DNA of 64,000 nucleotides from Octopus sinensis (taxonomy: Eukaryota), in the NCBI RefSeq assembly GCF_006345805.1, contig NC_043005.1:100068001-100132000 (forward strand), given 5' to 3'. The notes under the pieces are model-generated. The model was not told the DNA's origin and did no database searches. It worked only from the letters and a program-made list of their open reading frames with translations. The translations under genes and the position numbers were made by a program. Below, piece after piece: positions 35,149-48,064 of the stretch. Each line of letters opens with the position of its first letter. Position 1 is the stretch's first letter.

Positions 35149-36445
35149 AAACAGACTCAGTCCTTTTGTCTTAGATTTGGTAGTTGATAAAACAGACTAA
35201 TAAATTAAAAATGAACCACAATCCTTTACAAGCTATGACCCCAACAGACTCCTTACAGGTCTTAGAATTGTAGTATATTCTTACTTACATTAGTGGCAAC
35301 ATGGACTCTTTCCCTATTCTTGCTCTATTAGAGCATTTGAGTAAAATTGTATTAATGTGTCCAACTGATTAAAAATTCTCTTTATATATTTATGCAGCTG
35401 AGAATAGCTCTGCATTTAAACTGATGTAATGATTGCATTGTTCAATTGAATGGAGTTGCTTGAAACGGTTGTACTGCATCACCTCTTGATATCCTGTTGC
35501 TTATTTTGATCTTATTCAACTTACTTTGAGTTGTATGGATAATACCATACTGATCTGGTACTTCAGTGTAAGTACCTAATTCAACTGAATCTCAATTATA
35601 TATATATATATATATATATAGATAGATAGATTTGTATATATACATATATACATACATATATATACATATGTATATATTTATACATAAAAACATGTGTGCA
35701 TGTATATGGACACACACACACACACACACACTAGTGTAACTGAACAAGCAGAAAACCTCCAGAATGCCAGTGCCAGGAAGATCTTTGTGCCATCAGTATA
35801 AGGTAAAAATGTATTTTTGGTAATGTTTGACTTGCCAAACTACTGCTTCTTCTAAAGTCACATATATTACTCTAGAGTTAAGCTTTATTAGACTGAGAGC
35901 ATTGGGAGTCATTATAACACTTTTAAAGAAAAAAATACAAACAAAAGCAAAACAAACAAACAAACAAAAAGAATGCTACAACTTGTCTTCTTTTGAGAGT
36001 GTTGTTTCCACCCACCGACTTCATCTCTTTCTTTGGTAAAGCAGAAGGAATGGTTTTTAGTTAAGAGAAGCTCAGAGCAAAGTGTGTCAAGTTTAGCGAG
36101 CAACCATTGCGATTATTTAATATTGCCTTTTAGACTTTCCATTGAAAAACATTCACTCAGAGAGTTTCCATTAATTCTCTACATCAACAACAACAACAAA
36201 AACAACAGCAACAAATGTGAAACATTCAGGAAGAGAATAAAAAAAAAAAGCATAAATAAAAGAACACTTGTTTTGCATTGGATTTCAGTAATAAAAGGAA
36301 CAAACCACACACACACACACACACACACATATACTGTAAGAGAGAGAGAGAGAGAGAGAGATGCAAATATAAGTTTATATATACATATATATATATATAT
36401 TATATATATACACATATATATATTCATATATATACATATATATAT

Positions 36446-36489
<44 letters not shown>

Positions 36490-37225
36490 TATATATCTAT
36501 ATATACATGCATATATATATATAGACTCATGTACACGCAGATTATAAAAAGTTGTCATAAGTAAGTAATAAATGGTTTCATAGACGAGGTTCAAGAAAAT
36601 ATCTCCAACTTCCACAAATAATCACCGTTTTTTATCTTCTTCTTTTCCACACCTCTTTATTCTCTTTTGCACCAACAGTACTTCTTGATGCAATTATTTC
36701 ACATATACATATGCACACACACACACCTCACATATACATATACACACACGTTCCTCTTTTCCCTATCTGACACATACACAAAGGCTTTCTCTCCACCACA
36801 CACACACACACACACACATTCTCTCTGTCAACACACACACATACACACACACATGGATGCACAAACTGAGGTTTTCCCTATGGTACACACATACACATCC
36901 ACAAATTAACTACTCTGAAACAAAAGTCAGTTCTGGAAACTATGGAAACTGGTGGTGTTTATCTAAGACAAAATTTTTATCAGTTAACACATTCCTCCTC
37001 CTCTTCCTCCTCCTGCTCCTCCAGAGTGCCATCATTTCTACCACTACCAGCACTGCTAACCTTCATGCCATCCAACTATTGTGGTTATATTCAGGTTTAC
37101 AAGAAAAGGTGCAAAACCTGCTTTCTCCTCTGATACCCCCCAAAATATCCCTAAACCTCCAAAAATTAGAACCCCTAATTAAGTATTATCCTAGCCATAA
37201 TAAACTACCAATGAAGACAATCACA

Positions 37226-37649
37226 GGATCTTTTCAGTTTGAACGGCAGTTTTTAACATAATTTCTAGGTAACTAAAAAATTTTAAACTTCGTATACTGA
37301 TAGAATGTGTTTATAAAACATCTTTTCTCTTGGCTTTATTGAGAAAATTCTATAGTTTGTAAGATATTTGTTGTTTTTTTTTCTTCAATTTCTGCAATTT
37401 CAACCAATCACTGACGTCTATTAAGGTAAAAAAAAACATTCTGTGCCGTATGAATATGTCCCTCATTTAAGAAACAGATTGGGTTTATTTACATTTGTGA
37501 AGAAAAAAAGATACCCTTCCCCCCACCCCTAACAAACCCTAACCCTAAAACAGATTGAAATGCAATAGATCGATACTAGGGTCATAATTATGGGTGACAA
37601 TTTCATATGACACCGCTAGAAAAAATTGCCGTTCAAACCGAAAAGATCC
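37226..37649. mobile_element. 424-bp MITE with GG-terminal TIRs and 8-bp TSD (Merlin-like)
   Basis: 29-bp TIRs GGATCTTTTC(A/G)GTTTGAACGGCA(G/A)TTTTT with 2 mismatches; perfect TSD CAATCACA at 37218-37225 and 37650-37657. Confidence 0.7.
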
Positions 37650-38207
37650 CAATCACACACCATCAATATCGGTAATAATGCAAACAAGACCAAAGAAACA
37701 AAGAGCCCTTTAACAAGTTCAACCTTACCAGAATGAAGGACAATTCAAAACAACAAGACCATACAATGCAGAAGATTTACTGACAGCAAGCACATCAAAT
37801 ATTTATATATGTGTATAGAATCCAATGGGTGATATATGTACATGTATAGATTCCAGGGGGTGACAAATTCAAAAGAAGCTATATCTAGCCACCAAGAATA
37901 AAGAATTACGAGGTAAGTCTGAGAGGGAATAAAATATTAATTCCATAATCGTTAATCTGATGAAATATATTTTGTTGGAATAACAAGTATGAATTAAATA
38001 TTTGATTGTGTGTGTGTGGATGTAGGTGTGTGTATGTAAATGAGCTAAGAAAAATAAGCCTATATGGCCAGTAGTATGACGATGGACAACAAAGATGAAG
38101 AAAGAAATGCTAAATTGTACATAAATTCTGGATTTCTCTTGAAATTATCTTCATTTTGAGAAGCATAAACAAATATCTACAGGCAACTGTTATTGGCTGT
38201 GAACAAG

Positions 38208-38588
38208 ATGCAGTGGGACTGAACTTGGAACTAACCACATAGTTCTGGGTTCAGTCCCACTGCATGGCATCTTGGGCAAGTGTCTTCTACTATAGCCTCA
38301 GGCTGACCAAAGCCTTGTGAGTGGATTTGGTAGACGGAAACTGAAAGAAGCCTGTCGTATATATGTATATATATATGTATTTGTGTGTCTGTGTTTGCTC
38401 CCCCCCCACATCACTTGACAACCAATGCTGGTGTGTTTACATCCCCATAACTTAGAGGTTTGGCAAAAGAGATTGATAGAATAAGTACTAGGCTTACAAA
38501 GAATAAGTCCTGGGGTCGATTTGTTCAACTAAAGGCAGTAATCCAGCATGGCCACAGTCAAATGACTGAAACAATTAAAAAAGTAAAG
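38208..38588 (+). mobile_element. SINE family A with an inverted B-box segment at its 5' end
   Basis: Family A body and tail; 17-bp perfect inverted repeat at 38208-38224 / 38249-38265. Confidence 0.85.
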
Positions 38589-39013
38589 ACAGGATGACAT
38601 TCTCAAGAAGTGGACAATTATCCGAAATTAATGTGCCAAAAACCATTTTTTTTGTGTGTGCCAAAAACAGCTTTAGAGCCATGTCATCAGCTCAGTAGTA
38701 GGGCCATCTCAATTTCTGCACACAAAAGGCTTAATCATATACTTGCATAAAAGAGTGTTTTTTGCAAATACCCTGCAATCCCAGCCCACATTTCACTACC
38801 ACACAGCATTACAATTCATACACAACCAACACACAATCTGCCCTTCTGTCTGACAGAGAGACCTTTGGTTACTTCTGTTGATAACAAAAGTACTAAATAG
38901 TTCCCTAAACTTACTGCATTCTGTTCTTATGCCAGCAATTAAGCTTTCAGACCATCCACCTGTTAATTAGGTATATTCTGTTTCATAGGTAACCTGTGAA
39001 ACGGAATATACCT

Positions 39014-39243
39014 ATTTCTTTACTACCCACAAGGGGCTAAACATGGAGAGGACAAACAAGGACAGACAAACGGATTAAGTCGATTATATCGACCCCAGTG
39101 CGTAACTGGTACTTATTTAATCGACCCCGAAAGGATGAAAGGCTCTGTTGACCTCGGCGGTATTTGAACTCAGAACGTAGCGGCAGACGAAATACCGCTA
39201 AGCATTTCGTCCGACATGCTAACGTTTCTGCCAGTTCGCCGCC
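39014..39243 (-). mobile_element. SINE family B, full length
   Basis: Reverse complement of the family B sequence. Confidence 0.9.
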
Positions 39244-39756
39244 TGCTACCATTTGTGGACCTCCAAGACATTTGAGAAAATCTATTTCCCACAGGTTCTT
39301 AGAGTTTATTGCTCTTGCGCATCTGTCTTAGACAGAGTTCTCCCTCTGTTAATCTTCCTATGAATCCATGGTGCCAATTATGTGTCCTTGGTTTGCATTC
39401 GGTACACTGTACAGAATTTCTCCATAAATCTTTTCCACATATTGAGCAGGACCATTTTCAATGTGTGAGTGGTGCCCTGTCTGCTTTCCAGCTGACTAAA
39501 ACTCCAGCTTTTGCTGAGTTAACTTTAAGGCACTTTGATTCCAGGTTTGGCTTCTACACCTGAAATTTCATGGAGACAGGTGGTGATCTACATCATGAAG
39601 ATCTGTAATATTTGGAAAAAGTAACTGGAAGAGTACAGTGGAATTGTCATACGGAGTGGAATATCCAATGGTTCAGACAGAGTCCTACTACTAGGTAAAG
39701 TTGACAGGAGGAAAATAAAAGAAATACAGTAGAGTTTCATATCCTATATGTTTGAT

Positions 39757-39988
39757 GATGGCGAGCTAGCAGAAACGTTAGCACGCCGGGTGAAATGTGT
39801 AGCCATATTTCGTCTGTCGTTACGTTCTGAGTTCAAATTCCGCCGAGGTCGACTTTGCCTTTCATCCTTTTGGGGTCGATAAATTAAGTACCACTTACGC
39901 ACTGGGGTCGATGTAATCGACTTAATCCATTTATCTGTCCTTGTTTGTCCCCTCTGTGTTTAGCCCCTTGTGGGTAGTAAAGAAATAT
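39757..39988 (+). mobile_element. SINE family B, full length with TSD
   Basis: Perfect 18-bp TSD ATATCCTATATGTTTGAT at 39739-39756 and 39989-40006. Confidence 0.92.
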
Positions 39989-41199
39989 ATATCCTATATG
40001 TTTGATAAACTAGCTGCAGCTGATAAGGAACACGTTACAACATGAGCTTTATATGAAGAGAAGGGGTCATAGGTGAGAGAAAGAGGATGAGTGAGGGAGA
40101 AGGAAAAAGAAATGAAAAGGGAAAGAAAAACAGGCATGAATGAGGTGGAACGCTTGAATGAATAAGGTATTGGATTGCTAATATGTAAGTTACAAGTTTA
40201 AATTTTCCACAATCAATGCTCAGGTATTCCTTCACACACTAACGAACATACTACACTTGCATACATCCACCTGAACGCGTCTGTGAAAGCAGTCACATTG
40301 TGAAACGCACATGAATGAGAAGGCTTATGAAATAAGATATAGTAATCAAGTATAAACACACGAACACACACACACAAACACACACACACATGAACACACA
40401 CACACACGCTTCTGGTTTCTTTATTCACAATCAATGTAGTTCTATGATTTATGGAAGAAAAAGCAGAACACAGTACAACTCACAGCTCATTCATTATTCA
40501 CACATCTACATATTCACTCACACACATACATAGGCATATATTTACACACACACATGCATGTACATATTTGCACACATACACTCACAAACTTACAAACAGA
40601 CACATGCAAACATGCTCATATACATACATACATATTCACTAACACATACACTTGTACACACACACACTCACACACACACACACACACACACTCACACACA
40701 CACACACACAACACACACACTCACACACCCGCACATACACACATGCACATACAACTCATTCCTTATTCAAATTGAAGCTGGAAACCTCTAAGTGCTCCCT
40801 AATATAATTACTTCAGAGTAATGGGAAAAATCCTCCTACCTTTTTTTAAACTATACAAGTGCTGCTTACCCTTTATTTCCCATTAAACACAAACCAACAG
40901 ACACACACACACACACGTACATGTCCAGATACATATTAGAATCCACGTCCGTTCCCAAGTGAAATTTAATTTCCAATGTTTTTTACCAAGCAAAGCCTTC
41001 TCCATTGGTCGTCCATTCTTTGTGGAGTCTTTTCTTCATTCTTTTCCTCAGTTTTTCCATTTTCTTTTTCCTCCCCTTCATCGATTTCCACCCCACCCTT
41101 CCTACCAACTCACACAACACCACTCCACAATGCAACACCAGGCATGCATTATAGCAACCGAGAAAATATTTCTTCTTCTACTTCTACTTCTTCATTATT

Positions 41200-41610
41200 T
41201 TCTTCTTCTCCTGCTCCTCCTCCTCCTTCTTCTTCGTTTTCTTCTTTGTCGATTTCTTCATCACCATCTTTTCCTTCTTGATCATCATCATCAGCTTTTC
41301 TTCTTCTTCTTCTTCTTCTTCTTCTTCTTCTTCTTCTTCTTCTTCATTATCAACTCCTCTTCCTCCTTCTTCTTCTTTTTCTTCTTCATTTTTTTTCTTT
41401 GTCGATTTCTTCATCATCATCTTCTCCTTCTTGATCATCATCATCAGCTCTTCTTCTTCTTCTCCTCCGTTACTTATAAATTCCTCTGTTGATGGTCTCC
41501 TTGGTAAAAAGAGTGAACTAGAAGAATGTGCACACAACAGTAACACTCCATCGGTAATGGTCCCTCGACACTCTGACAGCATAAGCTGATTTCTTGAGTG
41601 TTGAAAGGGG

Positions 41611-41650
<40 letters not shown>

Positions 41651-41940
41651 GTCATCATCATCATCATCTTTATTGTCATCACCAATTATACTACTATACT
41701 CAACATCATCAATACTAACATCATACTCCATCATCACTGCCACAATTATCACCACCACTGCCATCCCCACCATCATTACCACTACTACTACTACAACCAT
41801 CTTCAGCACAACCACCATCATGACCACTATCCCTACCAGCACCACCACCAATACCTCTCCCATCCTAACCCTAACCCCAATATCTCTGCTATCAAGAGCA
41901 TCATCATCACCATCATCACCATGACTACCACACATCAGCT
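41200..41940. repeat. (CTT)n / (CAT)n / (CAC)n low-complexity tract containing a ~80-bp direct duplication
   Basis: TTTGTCGATTTCTTCATCA..TTGATCATCATCATCAGCT occurs twice (about 41245 and 41398). Confidence 0.85.
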
Positions 41941-42173
41941 TTATCATCAAAAGAACACTTCAGTAACAATACAAAGCATGTATAAATTTCTCTTCTTGTT
42001 ACTCAGCTAATAGTGTGTGTGTGTGTGTGTGTGAGGCCACAACCCTATTTTGTCCTTTCTAGGCCCCTGAGTGGATTTGTAATAAATATTTTAAAGGAGA
42101 AAGACACTAATCAATTATACAGTGCTCCTGCTGCAAGTGTTATTTCCTACAGTAACAAAAAAATAAAAACATT

Positions 42174-42579
42174 GGCGCAGGAGTGGCTGTGTGGTAAGTA
42201 GCTTGCTTATGAACCACATGGTTCCAGGTTCAGACCCACTGCGTGGTACCTTGGGCAAGTGTCTTCTACTATAGCCTTGGGCCGACCAAAGCCTTGTGAG
42301 TGGATTTGGTGTACAGAAACTGAAAGAAGCCTGTCATATATATGTATATATATATGTATGTGTGTGTATATGTTTGTGTGTCTGTGTTTGTCTCCCCCAA
42401 AATCACTTGACAACCGATGCTAATGTGTTTACGTCCCCGTAACTTAGAGGTTCGGCAAAAGAGAATGATAGAATAAGTACTAGGCTTACAAAGAATAAGT
42501 CCTGGGGTCGATTTGCTCGACTTAAGGCGGTGCTCCAGCATAGCCACAGTCACATGACTGAAACAAGTAAAAGAGTAAA
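42174..42579 (+). mobile_element. SINE family A, full length
   Basis: GGCGCAGGAGTGGCTGTGTGG head through GAAACAAGTAAAAGAGTAAA tail. Confidence 0.92.
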
Positions 42580-42661
42580 CGGCAAACAAACTGAGAGAAT
42601 GAGTACTATACCTGTGTCCCACACTAGCACGAAATACTCCCTTGATGACAATCAACAAATA

Positions 42662-43487
42662 TTAATTTCAAACGTTGGCACAAGGCCAGCAATTTTGGGG
42701 GAGGGGTAAGTCAATTACATCGAGTCCACTTCTCTCAACTGGTGCGATTTTATTGATCCTGAAAGATGAAAGGCAAAGTCAACCTTGGTAACATTTGAAC
42801 CCAGAACGTAAAGATGGATGAAATGCCACAAAGAATTTTGATTGGTGTGCTCTTGATTCTTTTCTACTCTAGGCACAAAGCCCGAAATTTTGGGGGAGGG
42901 GGCCAGTCAATTAGATCAACCCCAGTACACAGCTGCTACTTAATTTATCGACCCCAAAAGGATGAAAGGCAAAGTTGACCTCAGTAGAGTTTGAACTCAG
43001 AACGTAAAGACAGACAAAATACCTATTTCTATTTCTTTTCTACCCACAAGGGGCTAAACATAGAGAAGACAAACAAGGACAGATAAACGAATAAAGTCGA
43101 TTATATTGACCCCAGTGTGTATCTGGTACTTATTTAATCGACCCCGAAAGGATGAAAGACAAAGTCGACCACAGCAGAATTTGAACTCAGAACGTAGCGG
43201 AAGACGAAATACCTATTTCTTTACTACCCACAAGGGGCTAAATAAATATATATATTTATAAATTTATATAAATATAAATATATATATAGTGGACAAACAA
43301 GGACAGACAGAGGGATTAAGTCAATTACATCGACCCCAGTGCGTAAGTGGTACTTAATTTATCAACCCCAAAAGGATGAAAGGCAAAGTTGACCTCGGCA
43401 GAATTTGAACTCAGAACATAAAGACAGACGAAATACCGCTAAGCATTTTGCCTGGTATGCTAACATTTCTGCCAGCTTGCCACCTTA
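42662..43487 (-). mobile_element. Tandem stack of four B/B2 SINE units
   Basis: One full head at 43487, two head-less bodies joined at GGTATTT (43207-43213 and 43017-43023), then an older B2 copy. Confidence 0.85.
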
Positions 43488-43488
43488 A

Positions 43489-43708
43489 CCCTTCCAATCC
43501 CAACCTGGCTGAAACTGTCTCTGGCTCTGTAGTACAAATGTCTTGTTTTCATAAGTTTTGAATTAAAATCTTCCACCAAATCTTAGTCACAATTTATGTT
43601 CCTAACGCTAACATAAAAATAACAGTTATTTTACCAAATTATTTGTTATATTTAAAATTAATTAAAAGAAACACAAAGCATCACAAAATAAATATGGTAA
43701 CGAAAGGG
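43489..43708. mobile_element. piggyBac-type MITE
   Basis: TTAA-CCCTT...AAAGGG-TTAA termini. Confidence 0.65.
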
Positions 43709-43927
43709 TTAAACAATGAACGAATATTAGCTCCCATTTTCTGTACACAAAAGCATTCTTAGACTCTATAATTTACCATTAAACTGATAAGGTTTCTGTG
43801 GTTTTGTGCTTCTTTCATTCTGCAATTTCTCTACTTTGGTATTCTATAATTCTGTAGATCCACTATTCTGTAGTTCTTCCATTTATATAAAAACGTCTAC
43901 TTCTCCCATACTAGCATTATAATTTGT

Positions 43928-44332
43928 CTTTTATTTGTTTCAGTCACTAGACAGTGGCCATGCTGGAGCACTGCCTTGAGGAATTTTAGTCAAATGAATT
44001 GACCCCCCCCTGTACTTATTTCTTTGTTGGCCTGGTACTTATTCTATAGTTCTCATTTGTCAAACCAGAAAGTTACAGGGATGTAAACACACCAACACTG
44101 GATGTGAAGCAGTAATAGGGGACAAACAGACACAAAGACACACACATACACAAGCACGCACACACATATACATACGATAGCTTTCTCTCGGCCTCTGACT
44201 ACCAAATCAACCCACAAGGCCTTGGTCAACCTGACGCTAGAGTAGGAGCAGTTTACACAAGGTGTCACACAGTGGGACTGTACTGAAGACTACGTGCATG
44301 GGAAACAAGCTTCTTACTCATACAGCCACGCC
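43928..44332 (-). mobile_element. SINE family A, diverged
   Basis: Recognisable tail, body and head on minus. Confidence 0.75.
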
Positions 44333-44599
44333 CATCCCAGCATATGCATATGAGCATAAAATATATTCTAATCCTCATCAGTTATCATCAAAGTATTATG
44401 ACAATTCTGACACCTGAAAACATTGTTCATTTTGCCAGTGTCAGCCACATGGATGCTACTAAGGCATAGATGAGGAGGCACGAAAACAAAGCTATGGCAC
44501 GTTCTGCCATTGCTTGGTAATGGGCAAAAATAGTATTTTGACCAAACAGTAAATTTGGATGAGTTGTAGGTGCCAGTGTGGCACTGAACAAATGTCTTT

Positions 44600-44713
44600 T
44601 ACTAACCTTGGACAAAAGTCTTCTACTATAGCCTTGGGCTGACCAAAGCCTTGTGAGTAGATTTGGTAGAAAGAGACTTAAAGAAACCCGTTGTATATAT
44701 GTGTATATATACA

Positions 44714-44751
<38 letters not shown>

Positions 44752-44965
44752 AGTTGGTGTCTTCTTGTTTTGACGTGTGAGAGTTGCAAATGGGTTTCAG
44801 TCGTAGAGTAGTGTCCTTTGTCTCTAATCTTCTGTGAAAATATGAAAATATGTCTGGCCATGAGAAAATATTACCTTACTTGGAAACAGGTGAGTTTCAA
44901 CAACAAGAAGGTCATCTGACCATACAAATCTGCCTCAACACATTCTATCCAAGTATGGAAAAGTG
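44600..44965 (+). mobile_element. SINE family D, diverged
   Basis: A-type 5' part, body similar to 18830-18950, decayed RTE-like tail (CAACAAGAAGGTCATCTGACC..CCAAGTATGGAAAAGTG). Confidence 0.6.
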
Positions 44966-45494
44966 AAGAGAAGAAGAAGGTGGTGGTGGTGGTGATGATG
45001 ATGATGTAGGGAAGAAGAGGAAAAATTGCCAAATGAAATAAACAAAAATGTATATATGAAATGCTTTTTAAGAGAAGGACGACATTAAAGTAAGTGATGC
45101 AATGAGAAGAAAAACAGATGAGGTGCCTTTTGGCCAAAGAGAAAGAAAGGAAAGAAATGAAAGAAATGAAAGAAAGGAAGAGAGGGATGGAAAAATATGA
45201 CTGATCAGTACAAGAGTAATTTGAAGAAAAGACGGTTTGCATGAAAGCAGGAAGTAAGAAGAAGATTGCACGAGGGAGAGTGGGAGAGGAGAAATGATTA
45301 AGGGTTGAGCTAAGAGAAAGTGAGAAGGAAAGAGACAGATAGGTAGGTAGATTGATAGATAGAGAGAGATAGAGAGTGACAGAGAAGTATACTGTTAAGT
45401 AGAGGGACAGATAGATAGATACAGAGATGGAAAAATAGATGAACAAAACGATAGGAAGACAGTTGGATAGATTGATAGCTAAATAGAGAAGAGT

Positions 45495-46081
45495 TTCAAT
45501 GCTGGATATTTTTATAGAGAATCCATTTCTCGTCACCAGTCACCATTCAGTTCAAAAAAAGGTTCATTCGTGAGACATAACAGCAAAGAAGAACTCCCAT
45601 TCACTCTTTGCACGGGATTAGACTTGGAAAGTTTATGAGGAACCCTCTGATTCAATTTGCTGACTTTTCTGATGGCATGCAGGTGTTGATGAATGGTTGA
45701 ATGACCAAATCCAAGCTTCTCTGCTAGTTCCTCAACTGTTACGATGAGATTTTGTTCCACTAAGGAATGCAGGATGTCCTCGTCATGCTCTGCAGATCTT
45801 CCAGGACGTGGATCATCTTCTAGGCTGTAGTTTCTGGCTTGGAATTTCTGGAACCACCGTTGACACTGGCTTACACTTATTGTCCGATCCCCATTTACTG
45901 CATTAATATTCCTCACACTTTCCATTGTGTAGTTGTCTTTATTGAACTCATAAAGCAAAATATGATCCTTTGTCACTTCTATTATAGCTTTGAAAGAATA
46001 ACTGTTAAAATCGAATTTCACTCTTCAAAACTTGCACTAAGAAAAAGTACAAAACCGCATTATTTATTGGGTGACCCAATA
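45495..46081 (-). mobile_element. mariner transposon 5' part (HTH domain to the first catalytic D)
   Basis: HILLYEFNK..SQCQRWFQKF..SLEDDPRPGR..TVEELAEKLGFGHSTIHQHL..VPHKLS..TGDEKWILYKN. Putative TIR TATTGGGTCACCCAATAAAT. Confidence 0.9.
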
Positions 46082-46302
46082 TCATTATTATTATTTAAAA
46101 CAGTCTGATTTGGCCCCACACAATTTACTGTTTTATAGACACATCACAGGAACCCAGCTAGGTTCCTGGGATGAACCTATGAAATCGTAAGTTGCTTGGA
46201 GTTGAATCAAATTGTTTTAAATAAAATATACTAACCCCTACTAAATGTGTTGAGTACCTCTGTCTTCTGTTTGTCCACTAACACACACACCACACACACA
46301 CA

Positions 46303-46510
46303 CATGAGGAGGTGTTGAAAAGTTCTTTGCTTTGGGTTAAAGAAAATACAAGAGGATCAGTTAATTATAATTTTCTTCAACATATTCCCCTCTCAGATTC
46401 TCACACTTATTGCAGCAGTCCTTCAGTTTTTTATAAGTCCCCTAAAAGAACTTGGAAGGTTGGGCCTCCAGCCAGGCCTTTTTGAAACCCTTAAAATTTT
46501 TCAGCACTCC

Positions 46511-46516
<6 letters not shown>
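46303..46516 (-). mobile_element. mariner-derived MITE (second copy of 19707-19920)
   Basis: Reverse-complement similarity along its length. Confidence 0.7.
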
Positions 46517-46552
<36 letters not shown>

Positions 46553-46555
<3 letters not shown>

Positions 46556-46782
46556 ACACTGAGAGAAATGTTGGACATAAGAAGCATGAGATGTGATGTG
46601 CAAGAGAGACGACTGCACTGGTATGGTCATGTGCTGTGTATGGATGAGGACTGGCTCCTGTGCTGGTGGCACACAATAAGCACCATTCATGCATGGGTCA
46701 CTGCAAGTTCCGCCTGACTGGTTCCCCTGTGCCAGTGGTGCATAAAAAGCACCATCCAAACATGGTCGATGCCAGTCGCCCC
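46553..46782 (+). mobile_element. RTE LINE fragment joined to 3' UTR repeat units
   Basis: LREMLDIRSMRCDVQERRLHWYGHVLCMDED followed by two GTG..GGTGG(C/T)(A/G)CA..AAGCACC cores. Confidence 0.75.
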
Positions 46783-47855
46783 AATATAGCATAGCTTGGA
46801 ATCAGTGTTATTGAAGACATTGCCAATGGAACACAAAGGGCTGCAAGAAATAGCAGAAAGCATCTTGCTCAACAATCTGACATTTCAGTTAAAGAATTAT
46901 TTTCAAATAGTTTCATTTTTTATTGACTATGAACAGAATAAAAATGAATTTGACCTCAGTGGAACATGAACCCAGAATACACAGTGCCGAAACATACTGC
47001 TAAGATAATTGTGTGTAACCCCACTAGAATGGGAGAAAGCGCTAATGATCTAAATGATATGATATATATGTAAAAAATGTAATATATAAATAAATATCTG
47101 TAAATATAAACCATCCGATCTTCTGATTACCTCATTTCTTCTAATGCATAAATATATATATATATATGAACACATATGCATGCATACATTTATGTATATA
47201 CACACAATTATCTTAGCAGTATGTATGTATGTATGTATCTATCTATTTATTGATATATATATATATATATATAAATAAATAGAGAGATAGATAGATATAG
47301 ATGCATATATTATACACATACATACATATACATATACATAATCCAAATAATAAGACAAAGAAAATTCTTCTTCTTCTTCTTCTTCTTCTTCTTCCTATTC
47401 GTCCTCTTCCCCCACCCTATAATCTCTACCCAACTTTCTTGTCCCATAACCAAACTTTTATTTACTTTTTGTTTCCTTCTGATATAATCCAAAAAAACAA
47501 TGTCTGGAAGATGCGCAATGTGACAGCACACCTTTGATGCAAGTCTGATGAAGTGCCACTCTAATGTCTTAAAACCACAAATATGTAAATTTTCACTTTG
47601 AATTTTCGTGTAAACTGGCCTTACCAGCAGAAATGGTACAAAAACAATTGTAATGTATCATTGAAGACATGTTAAAGAATTTCTTTGACTTCTCATTATT
47701 TGGATTATAATTTACCCTTTGCCAAACCCACACAATGGTGTTACTGTCCTGAAACCAGCATTTTCTACACTTGAAGAATTCTGGCATTGGTCTGGAACCT
47801 GACAGTGTTGATAGCCCAGTATTTGGGTTGAGTGCTTCTCTGGAAATACTATACC

Positions 47856-48064
47856 TATTTCTTTACTACCCACAAGGGGCTAAACAAGGACAGACAAACT
47901 GATTAAGTCGATTATATTGACCCCAGTGCGTAACTGGTACTTAATTTATCGACCCTGAAAAGATGAAAGGCAAAATTGACCTCGGCGGAATTGGAATCAG
48001 AACGTAATGGCAGATGAAATACTGCTAAGCATTTCGCCCGGTGTGCTAACGTTTTTGCCAGCTC
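47856..48064 (-). mobile_element. SINE family B
   Basis: Reverse complement of family B; flanks GAAATACTATAC / GAAATACCATAC look like a TSD. Confidence 0.88.

Noticed and set aside
37525-37550. CCCTAA repeats as interstitial telomere (also near 9400)
   Set aside because: Only 2-3 imperfect units, lying inside or next to interspersed elements.
41184-41950. Acidic, poly-Ser and poly-Phe ORFs (also 59918-60739)
   Set aside because: Trinucleotide repeats (CTT, CAT, GAA); the GAA tract simply runs into a retrotransposon fragment.
6490-47640. Similar 25-mers CTTACCA(AA/GC)AGAAATGGTA(A/C)AAAA near 6494 and 47620, both giving TIS.G|GTAAG on minus, as paralogous exons
   Set aside because: The similarity does not extend colinearly and neither peptide is recognisable; chance or an ancient repeat is as likely.
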